Shown one piece after another: positions 63,234 through 64,000 of a DNA stretch of 64,000 nucleotides (position 1 is the stretch's first letter; each line of letters begins with the position of its first letter). The stretch is taken from NCBI GenBank assembly GCA_963734535.1, contig CAVTHS010000007.1, positions 128,001 through 192,000 of the forward strand, in the 5' to 3' direction. The notes beneath the pieces were generated by a model that was given only the letters and a program-made list of their open reading frames with translations, was not told the DNA's origin and made no database searches. This DNA is from an uncultured Chloroflexia bacterium (GTDB lineage Bacteria; Chloroflexota; Limnocylindria; Limnocylindrales; CSP1-4). The position numbers and the translations under genes were made by a program.

Positions 63234-63393
63234 TCCGCTGCCGGCGAGACAGTGAGCGGCGGCGGACGTCGGCCCTGCGGTCTCGCGAGCACGCGCGATC
63301 CACACACGCGAGGCCCAACGCCCACTCGGGCCCGCCCATATGATCGGGACGCGTCCCCGGTCCAGCTACGAGAGCAATGCGCGCGAGGTGATC

Positions 63394-64000
63394 GTGACAC
63401 CCGGGAACCTGGGCATGCGCGGCGGTTCGGCGGGGGCGTTCCTGCGCCGGCAGCAGCGCGACTGGGGAGTGACCGTCGTGCGGACGTCGCTCGACCGGCT
63501 CGCCTACCAGATGGTCTTCCCGTACCTCTCGGTGTACATCGTGGCGCTTGGGGCCACGGCGACCCAGCTGGGTCTCGTGAGCAGCGTCGGGATGGCGGTT
63601 GCCGGGCTGGCAGGGCCGTTCACCGGCTGGCTCATCGATCGCCACGGACCCCGAACCTTCTACCTCGTGGGCATCGGGTTCCTGGCCGTCTCCTACCTCA
63701 CCTACGCGCTGGCGAACAGCTGGCCGGTCACGATCCTGGCCATGATGGCCTACTGGCTCGGGTACTCCATCAGCGGCCACAGCTGCGCCACGATCTGCGG
63801 CAACTGCCTGGCCAACCGGGACCGGGCGACCGCCATGATGATCTGCGAGACCGTCGGCGCGGGAATGCTCGGGATCATCGGACCCATCCTCGGCGCATTC
63901 GTCGTCCTCTCGTCGGGAGGTATCGACCCCCGCGCCATCCGTCCGCTGTTCGTGCTCGCCGCCGGAATCAGCATCCTCACGTTCGTGATCGTGTACACGC
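63394..64000 (+). CDS. MFS transporter (runs off the right window edge)
   Basis: PYLSVYIVALGA, GWLIDRHGPR (MFS motif A). Confidence 0.85.
   Translation, partial: MTPGNLGMRGGSAGAFLRRQQRDWGVTVVRTSLDRLAYQMVFPYLSVYIVALGATATQLGLVSSVGMAVAGLAGPFTGWLIDRHGPRTFYLVGIGFLAVSYLTYALANSWPVTILAMMAYWLGYSISGHSCATICGNCLANRDRATAMMICETVGAGMLGIIGPILGAFVVLSSGGIDPRAIRPLFVLAAGISILTFVIVYT

Overview
Very GC-rich bacterial DNA, probably Chloroflexota (an inference from the Cys-rich LysM protein, sortase and gene style, not proven). Many single-base frameshifts look like long-read indel errors. Housekeeping and metabolic genes (cimA, pheA, DUF853 ATPase, PPK2, aldehyde dehydrogenase, AlkA-like; on the right ParA, MBL hydrolase, moaD/E, a KamD-like protein, proline dehydrogenase, acyl-CoA ligase) flank a surface-glycan island of about 39 kb (about 9.3-48.6 kb). 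The island holds Wzc/Wzy-type polysaccharide genes, a legionaminic-acid-like nonulosonate cluster with no visible NeuC/LegG, and two paralogous Pro/Thr-stalked beta-helix proteins. One of these sits under a GEMM-I riboswitch carrying the A20 signature of cGAMP sensors. The island ends in an Ig-like LPNTS protein / sortase / DUF4012 trio in which the sortase has Ser in place of the catalytic Cys. The window ends in an ArsR-DUF302-OsmC-rhodanese-CxxC membrane protein-MFS module. No rRNA, tRNA, CRISPR or transposase was found.
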